DNA of 64,000 nt from the human T2T-CHM13v2.0 reference genome, Homo sapiens. Numbering within the stretch: position 1 is the stretch's first letter; each line of letters begins with the position of its first letter. Location of the stretch: the NCBI RefSeq assembly GCF_009914755.1, contig NC_060937.1. The stretch is one strand, 5' to 3'. A program made the position numbers and the translations under genes. Below are positions 1 to 12,874 of this stretch, piece after piece. The notes beneath the pieces were generated by a model. That model saw only the letters and a list, made by a program, of their open reading frames with translations, did no database searches and had not been told where the DNA came from.

Positions 1-48
1 CTAGGCAAGTTGTTGTTGGGTGTTTTTACCCTGTTTTTGCAGTATATA

Positions 49-2429
49 CAAGCATACCTCGGAGATATTGTGAGGTAAACTCTAGATCACCAGCATGAAA
101 TAAATATTCCAATAAGGCAAGTCATACAAACTTTTTGATTTCCCAGTGCATATAAAAGTTTTGTTTATGCTATACTGCAGTCTATTAGGTATGCAAGAGC
201 ATTGTGTCTAAAATGATGTACATGTCTTAATTTAAAAATACTTTATTACTTAAAAATACTGATAATCTGAGCCTTTTGTGAGTTGTAAGCTTTTTGCAGG
301 TGGAGAGTGTTGCCTTGATGTTGATGGTGCTGAATGACCATGGTGGTGGTTGTTGAAGGTTGAGGTGGCCGTGGCAATTTTTTAAAACAAGACAATGAAG
401 TTTGCCACGTTAATGTATTCTTTCTTTCATGAAAGATTTCTCTGTAGTATGTGTAGCTGTTTAATAGCATTTTATCCACAGTCAAACGTCTTTGAAAGTT
501 GGAGTCAATCCTCTCAAACCCTGCTGTTGCTTTATCAATTAAGTTTATGTAGTATTCTAAATCCATTGATGTTATTTCAACAATATTCACAGAATCTTTA
601 CAGGTGAGATTCCATCTCAAGAAACCACTTTCTTTGCTCATTAATAAGAGGCAACTCCTCATGCATTCAAGGTTTATCATAAGATTACAGCAATTCGGTC
701 ACATCTCCAGGCTCTACTTCCCGTTCTAGTTATCTTGCTTTTTCTACCACATCTGTAGTTACTTCCTCCACTGGAGCCTTGAGTCCCTCCAAGTCAACCA
801 TGAGGATTGGAATCAATTTCTTCCAAACTCCTGTTGATACTATGACCTCCTCTCATGAATCATGAATGTTCTTAATGACATCTAGAATGGTGAATCCTTT
901 CCAGAAAGTTTTCAATTTACTTTTCCCAAATCTGTCACACAAATCACTACCTATGGCCGCTGTAGTCTTATGAAATGTATCTCTTAAATTATAAGGCTTG
1001 AAATTGGAAATTATTCTTTGATCCATGGGCTGCAGAATAGACATTGTATTAGCAGGCATAAAAACATTAATCTTCTTGTACATCTCCATTAAAGCTCTTG
1101 GGATACTAAGTGCATTGTGAATAAGCAATAATAATTTGAAAGGAATGTTTTTTTCTGAGCAATAGGTCTCAATAATGGGCTTAACATATTCAGCAAACTA
1201 TGCTGTAAAAACAGATGTTCTGTCATCCAGACTTCATAGTTCTAGTTATAGAGCTCAGGCAGAATAAATTTAGCATACTTCTTAAGGGCCCTGGGATTTT
1301 TCGGAATGGGAAAAATCACTGGCTAACTTAAAGTCACCAGTTGTATTAGCCTAAGAAGAGTCAACATGTCCTTTGAAGCTTTGAAGTCAGATGTTGACTT
1401 TTCCTCTCTAGCTATGTAAGTCCTAGATGGCATCTTCCTCCAGTAGAAGGCTGTTTTGTCTACATTGAACATGTTTAGTGTAGCCACTTTCATCAATGAT
1501 CTGAGTTAGATCTTCCAGATAACTTGCTGCACTTTTCCATCAGCACTTGCTTATTCACCTTGCACTTTTATGTTATAGAGATGACTCCTTTCCTTAAACC
1601 TCTTGAACAAACCTCTGCTATCAAACTTTTCTTCTGCAGCTTCCTTACCTCTTGCAGCCTTCATAGGATTGAGAAGAGTTAGGGCCTTGCTCTGGCTTAG
1701 GCTTTGACTTAAGAAAATGTTGTGGCTGGTTTGATCTTCTATCCAGATCACTCAAATTTTCTCCTTATTAGCAATAAGGCTATTTTACTTTTTTTTTTAA
1801 TCATTCATGTATGTATTTGCAGGAGAAGGACTTTTAATTTCTTTCAGACAGTTTTCCTTTGCATTCACAGCTTGGCTAACTGTTTGGAGCAACAACCCTC
1901 GCTTTCAACCTGTCTCAGCCTTCAACACATCTTCCTAAAATTAATTATTTCTAGCTTTTGCTGTACAATGAGAGACTAGTGACTCTTCCTTTCACTTAAG
2001 CATGTAGAGGCCATTATAGGGTTATTAATTTGACTAATTTTAATATTGTTGTGTCTCAGAGAAGAGGGAGGCCTGAAGAGTAGGAGAGAGATGGGGAACA
2101 GCCAGTCTGTGGAGCACTCAAGAAAACACACATGTACTGATTATGTTTGCCATTGTATACAGGTGCAGTTCACCATGCCCCAAAACAATTACAGTAGTAA
2201 CATCAAAGATGACTGATCACTGATCACCATAACAGATATAATAATAATGAAAAGTTTGAAATAAGGAGAGATTTACCAAAATATGACACAGAGACACAAA
2301 GTGAGCACATGCTATTGGGAAAATGACACCAATTAGACTTGCTTAACAGTTGCCACAAACTTTCAATTTTCAAAAAGCACAAATTTGTGAAGTGCAATGA
2401 AGTGAAGCACAATAAACAACATATGTCTG
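49..2429 (-). mobile_element. Tigger1 (TcMar-Tigger DNA transposon), essentially full length
   Basis: Left end CAAGCATACCTCGGAGATATTG follows TA (47-48) and matches the Tigger1 TIR CAGGCATACCTC. Right end is AATAAACAACATATGTCTG. Length is about 2.38 kb. Minus-strand frames contain pogo-type transposase peptides ([37 protein letters not shown]). Confidence 0.95.
246..1751 (-). pseudogene. Disrupted Tigger1 transposase ORF (CENP-B-type HTH/DDE_1 fragments)
   Basis: ORF fragments 1551-1751, 853-1128 and 246-680 carry Tigger1 transposase motifs but are separated by stops and frameshifts. Confidence 0.85.
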
Positions 2430-2859
2430 CACAGATTTTACCTCTCTTAAGATGCTAATCACAGATTTTTAGGTTTCCGTTTAATCCCTGCATGCACTTT
2501 AGGTTCTTGCCTCTTTCTGTCTTTTAAAAAATCTCTTTTCTTTACTGTGTTGTCTGCCATTCTCTTGGTCCTGGTGGCTATATACCTTCTTAAAATACCA
2601 TTACTGTCACGTTAGATCTGTTCTACAAAGAAGAAAAAATAAGTGTTTAGTCAATCCATCATTTCCCCATCATTTCATTCTTCTTTTAAATTATATCTGT
2701 GAACTGTCGAGAGGTAACTTGGTTTAACAGAAATATCCTGAACTTGGGCTTAAACCTACCTGTTTTAAATTCCTGCTTTGTAAGTTAGTGAGTGTGTGAT
2801 GTTCTGCCTGTCACTCAGCTGTCCTGCTGCGTCCAGCAGAGATGCCTAGTAAAAGCATT

Positions 2860-2965
2860 GACTGAAAAGCATCTATTGCATTGAGTAATTAGAAGGTCAG
2901 CGGTGACCTTCACCAGAGTAGTTTCCATAGAGTGATAAGGGCAGAAGCCAGGCTGCACTGGGATT
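2860..2965 (-). mobile_element. L2 internal fragment
   Basis: AGAAGGTCAGCGGTGACCTTCACCAGAGTAGTTTCCATAGAGTGATAAGGGCAGAAGCCAGGCTG resembles the L2 antisense consensus. Confidence 0.55.
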
Positions 2966-4429
2966 TGTTCATTAATTATGCTTCTGTCACTGACTGTTGT
3001 GCCAGTCTCCTCCAGCGCAGTTTCTAGGAAAGCTGTGAGTTACCTGCACCTTTTGGTCTCTGCCTACTTTACCAGATGCTTTAGTGCTTCAAATATGCTG
3101 CCACATGTATGCATGCTTGTCCTTCAAGGCTCATATAAGCCAGCTGTTGCAACAAGCTTCAAAATGCTTCCTGCAAACTGGCAGGAGTTGGAATGCCCTC
3201 AGAGTTGCAAAGGGACCAAGTACAAGCAGTGTAGCAGGAAAATTGCTTTGGGAAGACAATAGGGGAGAGAAGGTCTGAGGAAGGAGTAGCTCAGTACAGA
3301 AAAAAAGAAAAAAGGACTTTTGCCAGTAATATTAGTGAGAGGAGGATAATAGAGAACTGGGAGAAAAAATATGGCAGCAAGAGCAAAGAGGAAAAGCCTC
3401 TGTTAGTCTTCCTTGCATGCTACCCTGCCAAACATGACCTAATTAGCCTGGATCTTCTAACATAACTCCAGCCCAAAGCAGAGAAGATGATGGCTACAGA
3501 TGTGATGGATGGAAGGCAGAAAATGAATAAAGTGAATAGTTTTAGATTACTTGTAACTCTTCCTAGACAGACATGTGTTCTGGCCTTCAAGGGAAAAATT
3601 CTATAAGGGACCATTTCAGGAAAGCTTAGATTGCTAAGTTTTATAAACAGCCCCAAAGCTCCTTTTTGGGGCCCTAAGTTCTAGTCAGTGTTTTGTTACC
3701 TCAATTGCAATGTTGTTTGTTTGTTTGGTGGTTTTACTACACGACCCATTTTCATAAACTGTTGCCCAGCTGCATACACTGGTGGAAAACTAGCTGAAGC
3801 AAAAATGCTGTTATTTATTCTGTTCAGAAACAAATTTAAAATTCTGTAGACTAGGGAATATTAAAATGAGAAGCTAAAAAATACTTTTTAGTACAGAAGT
3901 TCAATGCCAATTTTGGGATCTTTGTACCTGAGGAATAATTCTTACGAATCTTGTTTTAATAGAGCAAGGACTCATATATAATGTTATCTAATTGAAGTTT
4001 ATTCTACTGACTTTAAAACTAATTCTTAATATTGCTTATACAATTCTCCTAGAAAGTGCTCATTTTAATCATCAGTCAGCATTTTATTATATTATAATCC
4101 TTAATTGATTGATGTTTAATCACAGTCTTTGTATTTTACTATCCCTTGTCTCATAAGAGGCAATTTTCTCTTTACTGTAGTTTAACAGCTGATGAAAAAG
4201 ATTTAAGGAAACCTATAAACTTAAGATTGGTTAATGGTCCCTTATAAAAGAATATTACACTTCTAGGATCCATTGCACAGATGTGATACTCAATTGTAGA
4301 AATGTGCATGGGGTTTATTAAATTACAGCACAAATCTTCAGTCTTCTGAGTTATTGTCCATGTTGGTATTGTTAGGCAAATGGGGAGACACATTATTGCT
4401 TCCAGTTGTTCACATTACTGTGGTGTAAT

Positions 4430-4612
4430 GCAGTCAGAGACAGCTGGCACATCGCTGTAGGCAAACGCAGAGCTGCAGCAGCTGCCGAGAACTGGGCCCC
4501 AAGTGAAGGTCCAGCTCCGCTGAGTCAGTGCTGGGTGGCTCATCAAAGGTGTCCAGAACATGGAAAATAAATAAATGAACCAAGCTGGCTATCGGAGCAG
4601 GAGGGAGGGGCA
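4430..4612. promoter_or_regulatory. Candidate enhancer (E-box/AP-1/TCF)
   Basis: CAGCTG at 4441 and 4479, TGAGTCA at 4521, CATCAAAGG at 4541, and 5 CpGs in about 150 bp of non-repeat sequence. Confidence 0.4.
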
Positions 4613-4613
4613 T

Positions 4614-4672
4614 GAGAGGGAGAGAGTAAGGGAAAGAGAGAGAGAGACACAAAGAGAGACAGAGAGAGAGAG
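4614..4672 (+). repeat. Imperfect (GA)n microsatellite
   Basis: GAGAGA runs visible directly. Confidence 0.85.
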
Positions 4673-4959
4673 ATTGCCTTATACATATATAGATCTACTT
4701 TTCTATTGTCTTATTTCTTGGACACACTGAGAACCTTTGCAAAATTGGTTGCTTAAAAACAGACTCTAGACTTCTTTATTGGACAGCGCTTGGTTCCATT
4801 TGGTGATATTTCTCACCCAAGTTAAGGTGCTGTTGTGTTTTGTTTTGCTTTGTTTTTGTTTGTTTTTTGGTACTTGTGGTACTGCTATAATTCAGTATAA
4901 GGGAAAATAACATGAAAGTAGAAATTCGTGGACTTGGGGATCTGAAAAGATAAAAATTC

Positions 4960-5150
4960 CCTCCTAACCAGTAATAATCTCTGTAGTATTAGAAGACATG
5001 TATATAACTTCCCAGTGCCTCACTTTTCTCATCTGTATGTGGGGACAATGATATTTATCCTACAGAGAACAGAGTTAATGGATGTAAGTGCTTAGCACAG
5101 TGTATGGGATCCAATAAGTGAACAGTAACTGATAGTTCCTTCATTATTGT
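4960..5150 (+). mobile_element. MIR SINE
   Basis: MIR core GTGCCTCACTTTTCTCATCTGTATGTGGGGACAATGATA and 3' part GTGCTTAGCACAGTG. Confidence 0.65.
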
Positions 5151-5314
5151 TCTATTTGTGACTTTTGATAATAAAACTAAGGTTCATAACAGTTTGAATA
5201 GAGACTTGAGTGAAGCATTCTCCTGTCCACATCATTAAAAATTGTATCTCAAAGATGAGCACAGGGCAAAAGCTCACATTCTTGAGTCACACATGGCTTT
5301 AAATGTGTCAAGTG

Positions 5315-5470
5315 TAAATCTTCTCCAAGCCTTAGTTTTCTCATCTGTAGAATGGGACTAATAATGTTACTTATCTAAAAAGATTGCTCTGAAAATTAAA
5401 CTAGTCCATGTAAGTACATCATTTAGCACAGTTTCTATAAAAAAAAAGCATTTAATAAATGTTAGCCACT
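5315..5470 (+). mobile_element. MIR SINE
   Basis: MIR core CCTTAGTTTTCTCATCTGTAGAATGGGACTAATAAT ... TTTAGCACAG ... AATAAATGTTAGC. Confidence 0.65.
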
Positions 5471-5689
5471 CTTCTTAGAGTAAAAGTCTGTTTATGAACT
5501 CAATTCCTAAAAGTAACAAGTCTAAACTTTGCTTTTCTATGCCTCTCCTTTATAAAATTTTTATTATATTTTTCAAGGCTTACATGTGTTTAAAATCTCC
5601 TTTCTATATATCCAAGGCTTAGGCTATTCTTCAGTTGGGCCTGAAAATTTTAGCTAATTTTAGAAAAAAAATGCAAATATTGTTATCTG

Positions 5690-5900
5690 ATAAATATTTA
5701 TCCATCCAATATTTATTAACTGAATGACTCCTATATTCCAGAAACAGTGTTGAGGTCTCAGGATACAACAACGAATATGATAAAATCCTTCACTCAAAGA
5801 TTGTATGGTTTGGTAGCAGGCAGATATCCAAGTAAATAAATTAATGCTGCACATGTCATTGCTGTGGAAGATACTTATGTAAGACATCATGGGGTCCAAC
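5690..5900 (-). mobile_element. L2 3' end fragment
   Basis: ATCCATCCAATATTTATTAACTGAATGACTCCTATATTCCAGAAACAGTGTTGAGG resembles the L2 3' terminus in antisense. Confidence 0.5.
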
Positions 5901-7219
5901 AATGAAATTCAAGTCTACATGGGCTAGGGTAAAGGACGAGGAAATTTGTATATTCAGGCAACATTTATTAAATGACTACTATATATTAGACAATGGAGGT
6001 ACAAAAATGGTACAAAGATGAATGAAACAGGATGCCTGTCCTTTTATTTTCTGCATTCTCCCCCCAGGAAAAGCCTTTGTTCCCACCATTCCATCCAAAT
6101 ATTCTTATTAAGGTCTCTGTTGGCTTCCCCCTTGCCCAAGTTCACAAGCAGACTGCAGATGATGAAACTGAGCACTCTTTTCTTCTTCACACACTTTCTT
6201 TTCTGGAATACTCCTACCTAATGGGCAGTACTCAATTTCCTCTGAAGCCTCTTCTGCCTCTGTTTCACCTCTTAGTCCCTAATTACTCTATCACAGCACT
6301 TGATACTTGAAATGATCATTTCTTGTTTACTTGTTTACTATTTTCTCCCTTTATCCGTGTACTTCCTGTACTTGGAATATGGCCTGACACATAACTGCTT
6401 AATGAATGCAAGTTGAATTTATGCGTGAAGATAAGAGAGTCACTGTCGCAGACTCAGTTACAGATTTGAATAATTATGATATCATAATTAGCATAAATTT
6501 CAGGGAAAAGTTTTCTGAGCTGAAACTAGAACTAAATGGCTCAATAGAGGCTTACATGTGGAACAGTGTGAAGATTTCCAGATCCAGGGACCATGAAGGA
6601 AGCATGACCCAGGATGCCTCAGGAGAGAAAGCACAAAAAGGTAGGGGCTGTAGACAAGCTGGCCACACTACTTCTTATTTTTTATTTTTATTTTATTCTT
6701 CTACACTTACGTTATTCTCAAGTCTATTATTTCCAGTGAGCTCCTTTGACATTATAAAATGCAGATGCCATCACCGCGAGTTAATGGGAATATCTCGTGA
6801 ACCACTTTGAGTTAGTGTGTATACAATGTGTATTCAGATGCATGCAAATCATAAGTGACAGCTCACATTTCCCCCTTCTCCTCTCCCAGTCACTGCATTA
6901 TCTGCAGAAGAGAAGGTGATGGCAAAGATCTTTGGGCATTCACTCTAAAGCTTTGTGTTGCTCAGCAAACATTTTACCTCCAAACTGCCATTTGTCTTTG
7001 TGTTTTAGGGGTGAGGAACTGAAATACAAGAGATAGAAACAACTTGGTTAATTTAGTCATTTTGTTTGAAAGATCAATCAGTTCCCTATGAGAAATTTTC
7101 CGGGATGGGAACCAAAGTACCTGGGATGCAAAAGCAGCATCTCCACCACTGGCTCTGACGGTGATGCTGCATTAGCTGTCAGCAGTAATCACACTTACAT
7201 CCTCTTTCCAGGCCTCCAG

Positions 7220-7600
7220 CTATGAGGGACGCCATTACACTCTCCCTGTCTAGTCGCAAAGCACTTGACAACAAATGCACAAGCAGTCAAGGCTAAGCGG
7301 TGCTTGAGCCTGTCCCTGGCACGGGGACCTCTCCAGCAGGTGTGCACTGAGTCATGCCGCACTTGGCGCAGGCCATCAGGACCCATATTTGGGCACCCCG
7401 ATAAGGAATTTGTGTCCATTTGGATCTGAACTGCAAACTCCACTTCAGGACAGGAAGCCACTGCTGAAACTGGAGAAGTCTCTCAATTAGTGAATGGCAG
7501 GAGTATCTACCAGCTCTGCTTCTGTTTAAGTGGCCAGACAAGATTCTTAAGAAAGGTTACTTCGCCTTAGTCTTTCAAAGGAATGTCTACACACATGCAT
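7220..7600. promoter_or_regulatory. Candidate muscle/cardiac-type enhancer
   Basis: Perfect CArG CCATATTTGG (7383-7392), CACTTGA (7262), TTAAGTG (7526), AGGTGTG (7338), TGAGTCA (7348), GATAAG (7400), GGAATG (7580), plus local CpG retention. Confidence 0.5.
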
Positions 7601-8539
7601 TCAAGGTTAGGTTCTGGTGCTTTTTGCTTTTCTCTTTTAAATATTTTAGTGACATAGCCAAGTATTCATTCACAATAAACCCCCTCAAGGAAGCATGAAC
7701 AAGCTCAGAACATGTTGGGTTAACTATTTTTCCTCAGGCTTTGGATTTACAGAATGTATCTCCACTGCTCATTTTCAAATGTGAATAGCTATGGCATCGC
7801 AGCAAGCCTTGAGCATGAATTCCTTATTAAAAAGGACTTCCAGGCACCTTTGGGCTCAAGGAGGGCCTCAGGCCAGGGTAATTAAAATGTAGCCCTGAAC
7901 AACATGGCTAGATGATATGTGGCACCGTAATGAGAGATTATTAATTTAATTACAGAAAAAAAGCTAAACACTTCTAAAATGATTAATTGCCTCAGACTCC
8001 ACATTTTATTGAATGGATGACTATCTAAGGGGTTAATTTTCATCTGGAAAAACTCCTATTCACTCTTGAATACCCTTTTCCGTTATTACTTAATTTGTGA
8101 AGTTTTTCCAAGTCAGAGTTTATCATTTTTTCATTTTTACTCCTATTAAATTCTATTTACAAGTTTCTTTGGAGTTATTAACAAGCATGTAGAAATATTC
8201 TTTTCCTGACCTCCACCTAAAATTATACTCTTTCCCATTTGTTTTGAAAGAGGTAGGCAGCACTCTTGATCCTTCTTGTATTTTCTCACCTTTGACTTTG
8301 ACATGAAAATGGAGAACGATTTCTTTACTGTATGAAAAGAAGAGTCCGAGTGTAATAATTACTGTGGACATAAAAGGGAGTTGTAGGGATTGCGGAGAAA
8401 TGGGGAAGACGTGACCCAGCAAAAAGCAGCAGCTGCTCCTAGAATCAGCAAATTGTTACTGTTAAAAATGTGGGTGAAGTCATCCGTGTCTTTGAGAAAA
8501 GCCAAAAATGAAGATGAAAAGCCAAAATGAAGATTTTAA

Positions 8540-8682
8540 AGATATATAATATAAATATATTACATATATTTTTATATGTTAACATATATTTATATGTTAT
8601 TTGTATAGAATATAAATATAGCACATATATTTTTGTGTTAGCATATATGTTATTTATACATAATATATATACACATATATAC
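8540..8682. repeat. AT-rich (TA)n-like low-complexity tract
   Basis: Degenerate TATA repeats visible directly. Confidence 0.8.
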
Positions 8683-9174
8683 ATCCAAACTGATTATTAA
8701 ATGTTAGTTCACATTTATTTGTATAATGCTATGCCAAATACATAGTGTTTGTACAATAAAATACCAAATACAGCCCATCTGCAAGCACAATTTGATCCAT
8801 AGGCTGCCAATGTCCAAGCCCTTGCTGGCACTGTGAATCTTTACCCTCGCTCAGTCTCCTTTATCACCAGCATCATGTGTGGCACCATGGAGCAGAGAGG
8901 AGGAAGCATATCTAAGAAAAAGAATGCACCCTGCTACCTCAAGCCCCACTAGGCCATTGTATATCTTGAAATAGGTCTGGTCTTCCTAACCTCCCCAGTC
9001 TTTGCATGTCTTGTTTCCTATACTTCAAAAGACCTCCCTAACTTCATCTGAACTCCTATTCGTGAAACAAGATCCAAATGTCTCAGATAATTATCCCTTT
9101 TTCCTCTATTCATTTAGCACTTTGTTAAGATCTACATTTCAGCAGTTGAACTGCTGAAATTCCTTACTTACCTC

Positions 9175-9346
9175 ACCATTTCCAACTGTGATGTGCCTCA
9201 GCATCACCTGGAGAACTAGTTAAAACAAACTGCTGAGCTCCACCTCTGGAGTTTCTAATTCAGTGGTCTGAGGTGGGGCCCAAGAATTTGCATTTCAAAT
9301 GTCACCACATACTGCTGGTCCAGGAATCACACTCAGAGAACCCCTG
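9175..9346 (-). mobile_element. MER5A (hAT-Charlie MITE)
   Basis: CAGCATCACCTGGAGAACTAGTTAAAACA ... TCAGTGGTCTGAGGTGGGGCCCAAGAATTTGCATTTC ... GAGAACCCCTG matches the MER5A layout. Confidence 0.85.
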
Positions 9347-9451
9347 GTTTACACTTTGATCTATGTATAGCTTACCTGTGGCTCTCCAGAGTTGGCATAG
9401 ATAATAATTCTTTTATTAGAATATTAGTGACAGTCACTATGGCTTCCCTAT

Positions 9452-9969
9452 CGTATTAGTCAAGGTTCTCTAGAGGGACAGAACTAACAAGATAGATGTA
9501 TATTTAAAGGAGAGTTTATTAAGGAGTATTGACTCACATGATCACAAAGTGAGGTCCCACAATAGGCCGTCTGCAAGCTGAGGAACAAGGAAGCCAGTCC
9601 GAGTCCTAAAAGCTCAAAAGTAGGGAAGTCAACAGTGTAGCCTTCAGTCTGTGGTCAAAGGTTCAAGAGTCCCAAAACTGAAGAACTTGGAGTCCAATGT
9701 TCGAGGGCAGGAAGCATGCAGCGTGGGAGAAAGATGTAGGCCAGGAGACTGAGCCAGTCTACTCCTTCCACATTCTTCTGCCTGCTTTTATGCTGGCCAT
9801 GCTGGCAGCTGATTAGATTGTGCCCACCCAGATTGAGGGTGGGTCTGCCTCTCCCAGTCCAATGATTCAAATGTTAATCTCCTTTGGCAACACCCTCACA
9901 GACGCACCCAGGAACAATACTTTGCATCCTTCAATCCAATCAAGTTGACACTCAATATTAACCATTACA
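9452..9969 (-). mobile_element. MLT2B-type solo LTR (ERVL)
   Basis: Ends CGTATTAGTCAAGGTTCTCTAGAGGGACAGAACT ... CAAGTTGACACTCAATATTAACCATTACA. 5-bp TSD CCTAT (9447-9451) / TCTAT (9970-9974). Confidence 0.9.
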
Positions 9970-10774
9970 TCTATCAAACCAATCTAATGAACATCTGCCT
10001 AATGTCAGTGGGAAGGTAGTAGTAGATCCATATGACCCCCTCCAGGAAACTGTCATACACCTGTAGAACCAAAGAGCTTGAGAAGTTCTTCATGGTCATG
10101 GTCATCTAGTTAAATCTGAACATTTTAAAAATGGATAAGAAGAGGCTGTTTGTCTCAGTTAAGTCCCTTCATTTTCCAGTTACACTCTATTTTCCAAGTT
10201 CTACTTTCTAATACCAGCTAAATTCATGATATTCTTCCTATAAAATACAGAAAAGGCATGATACATTTTTGAGACTTCCTACTGAAATCCATGGAGCTGG
10301 TTAAAATGCTGAACACTGTATAGAACAAAATATTTTTGTGAAGCTTATTGCATTAGCTATATATTTACATTTTTCCACATCACTAATTTCACATGTCTAG
10401 GAACCATGCCAGATCTGGACCAAAAAGAAAAAGTGAAAAAATATACCTAACTACTTCTGCTTAAGCTACTTACATTTATCTTTTAAAAGTGCAACATTTT
10501 ATTTGCAAAACTGAGGATGACACAAATGATACTTGCAAACCCTGTGAATGGGTTACACTGACCTCTAGGTCTAATATCAAATATACAGCATATTTTAATA
10601 TAGATTCCCTAAAAAAATTTAAATTCAGCAACAACTCCTTAGCATATCATATTTCAGTCCTTTCTCTCAAATAGTAAAATTATCTTTTCTTCAACTCATC
10701 AGGTGACATTGACACCTCACTCTCACCCTGACTCCCACCATTATCCTAGAGGATTTTAGCTTTCATGGTGATAA

Positions 10775-11470
10775 TTCAACAGATCCAACAACTATTTACC
10801 TGGTGTCTATTGTATGCTGAGTACTGTTTTATAAGTTATGGATATGGTAGCCAAATAAGATAGTTTTAAGGTCTTGCTTTTGAGGAGTTCCTGATCTGGT
10901 GTGGGCTACAGCAAAGAAATAAGCAAACAAATAACATAGTTTCAGAGAGTGATAAGCACTAGGGGAAAAAAAAAGCAGAATAAAGGCAAAGATAATAATG
11001 AAGGAGGGATTCCATTTTTTACAGAGACAAACAGGTGACATTTGAGCTTGACCTGCGTAAGATGGAGAAGGTGTGTGGAATTCTGGGCAGACAAGAGCAA
11101 GTGTAACAGCCTGAAATAGGAATAAGCATGTCATTTTTAAGAAATGGCAAGAAGGCCAGGAAAGAGGAGGAGATTGTTATGGCAAAGGTGGAAGAGGCAG
11201 GCAGGGTCAGATCATGGGGGCCTGTGTAGGCCAGAGTCCTAATGGAAATGACAAGTCTTTGAATGTTTATAGCAAAGAAGTAATGCAAACTGATTTGTGT
11301 TTTATAAAGCTCAGTTTGTCTGATGTGTAGAGAATTGATTCTAATAGGTATGAGTGATAGTCAAGTGTATAAGGCTAGTGGTGGTGATCCTGGTGACGGA
11401 AGATGGTGGTATGAATAAGCTGCTGGGATGGAAGATGTGAGTAACAGCCTAAAATAGAAGGCATTTCAGC
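10775..11470 (-). mobile_element. L2 (L2a-like) 3' portion
   Basis: ATTCAACAGATCCAACAACTATTTACCTGGTGTCTATTGTATGCTGAG start, then a purine-rich L2 antisense body (GGCAGGGTCAGATCATGGGGGCCTGTGTAGGCC). Confidence 0.7.
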
Positions 11471-12379
11471 TGTGTTTAATAGTTTGAGTAGGAGAGTAGA
11501 GGTCAGAGGATTAGATTAATCTGAAGGTGGAGGGAAGTTGTTTTAAGGACAGACATAAGGAAGAAAATGGATTGAGAGATTTGTGGGTGCCCAGGAAGAA
11601 AGATTGAAATGAAAGACCAGTGTTCAGGAAGGGAACAAAACAAAAGTTAAACCAGAATGGGCTGATCGATTAGGAACAATTGATGGGAACAAAATTCATA
11701 GAATTAAAAGAATTGATGCAGATGAATAGCAAACACAATAATAGCAAAGGATAGTAGGTTATAGGCAGAGCATGGAGTATTGTGATTTGATTTTAGAGGT
11801 GCAGCAATTCTGAGTTGCTCATTCCAGTCTGTTATTTGTAAGCATCCATCCTCACTCTGTGAGTTGTACAGTAGCTTATGTAGAAATAATGATCAACTAG
11901 ATGCCCATGGGTGGCCATTTTGTACCTCCTCACTTGTCAGGCTTCCCTCCTCACTCCTCAGTTTTATACTCCTGATCTGATTTAGTTCTGTTGGTTAACT
12001 CATCATCCATTTGTGTTTCCAATCTAAACATCATCAGTTTGATGGCTGGTTAATTTCCTTCTAAGGAACCTAAGTCTCCTTATTAACTATCGCTTTCTTC
12101 TTTTCTCTATGACTCTCTGAATAACCTTGAGGATAGTATCTTCATGTTTTCATCTAACCTCTGTACCTCTCATCCTTAGGTTTTCCCCAGTGGACGTACC
12201 TCATCTCTCCAATAGGACTCACAACTGGATAACCACAGGGTGTAGGGTGTGGCTACAGTGGTGTGTTTTAGATGTGGGTTGAAGTTGAAAGCCACTAGAG
12301 GACAAGAAGACAAGAAAGTATTGAGCTAGAAGATTGGATGAAATTGATTTTCAGGTTAAAACTACATAAAAGTGGCTCC

Positions 12380-12860
12380 CCCCAACACTGCTTCTCAATC
12401 TTACAATCTTTCACTGGAATGTTAACTTTCTTTCTTATCAAGATAATTTTGTACATTTCTCTTTTTGAGCCTTCAACTCCTCTTCTTTTGATTCTCAGCT
12501 AATAATTCACATATTATGTCACAGAGAAAAATAGAAAATCAAAGAGAACTAGCTCATCTTACCACCAGCAAATCTACCAACTGACCTTTATCTTTGGGCA
12601 CACATTCTATCCTCTTTACTTTTAAATGTTTCTCAATCTTCATCCCCCCGATTATTGCCCTTTTTCTAACTTTCCTCCACAACCAAACTTAATAGTCCAC
12701 ACCCATCCCCACTTTTCCACTCCCTATTCACTCCTCACCCCACTGCAGTTTCTGGCCCTATGCCCCACTAAATATGTGTAAGTCTCAAATGGTTTCCTCA
12801 CAGCCATGTCCAGTAAATAATTTTCAGGCTTTACATTTCACTTGGGGTTTCTCCTAGTAC
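12380..12860 (+). mobile_element. L2 internal fragment
   Basis: Pyrimidine-rich L2-like sequence, e.g. CCCTATTCACTCCTCACCCCACTGCAGTTTCTGGC. Confidence 0.5.
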
Positions 12861-12874
12861 CCCAAAACTTACTC

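Noticed and set aside
6406-6810. 134-aa plus-strand ORF
   Set aside because: No recognisable domain, a low-complexity T-rich end, and it sits among L2 relics. Its length is compatible with chance.
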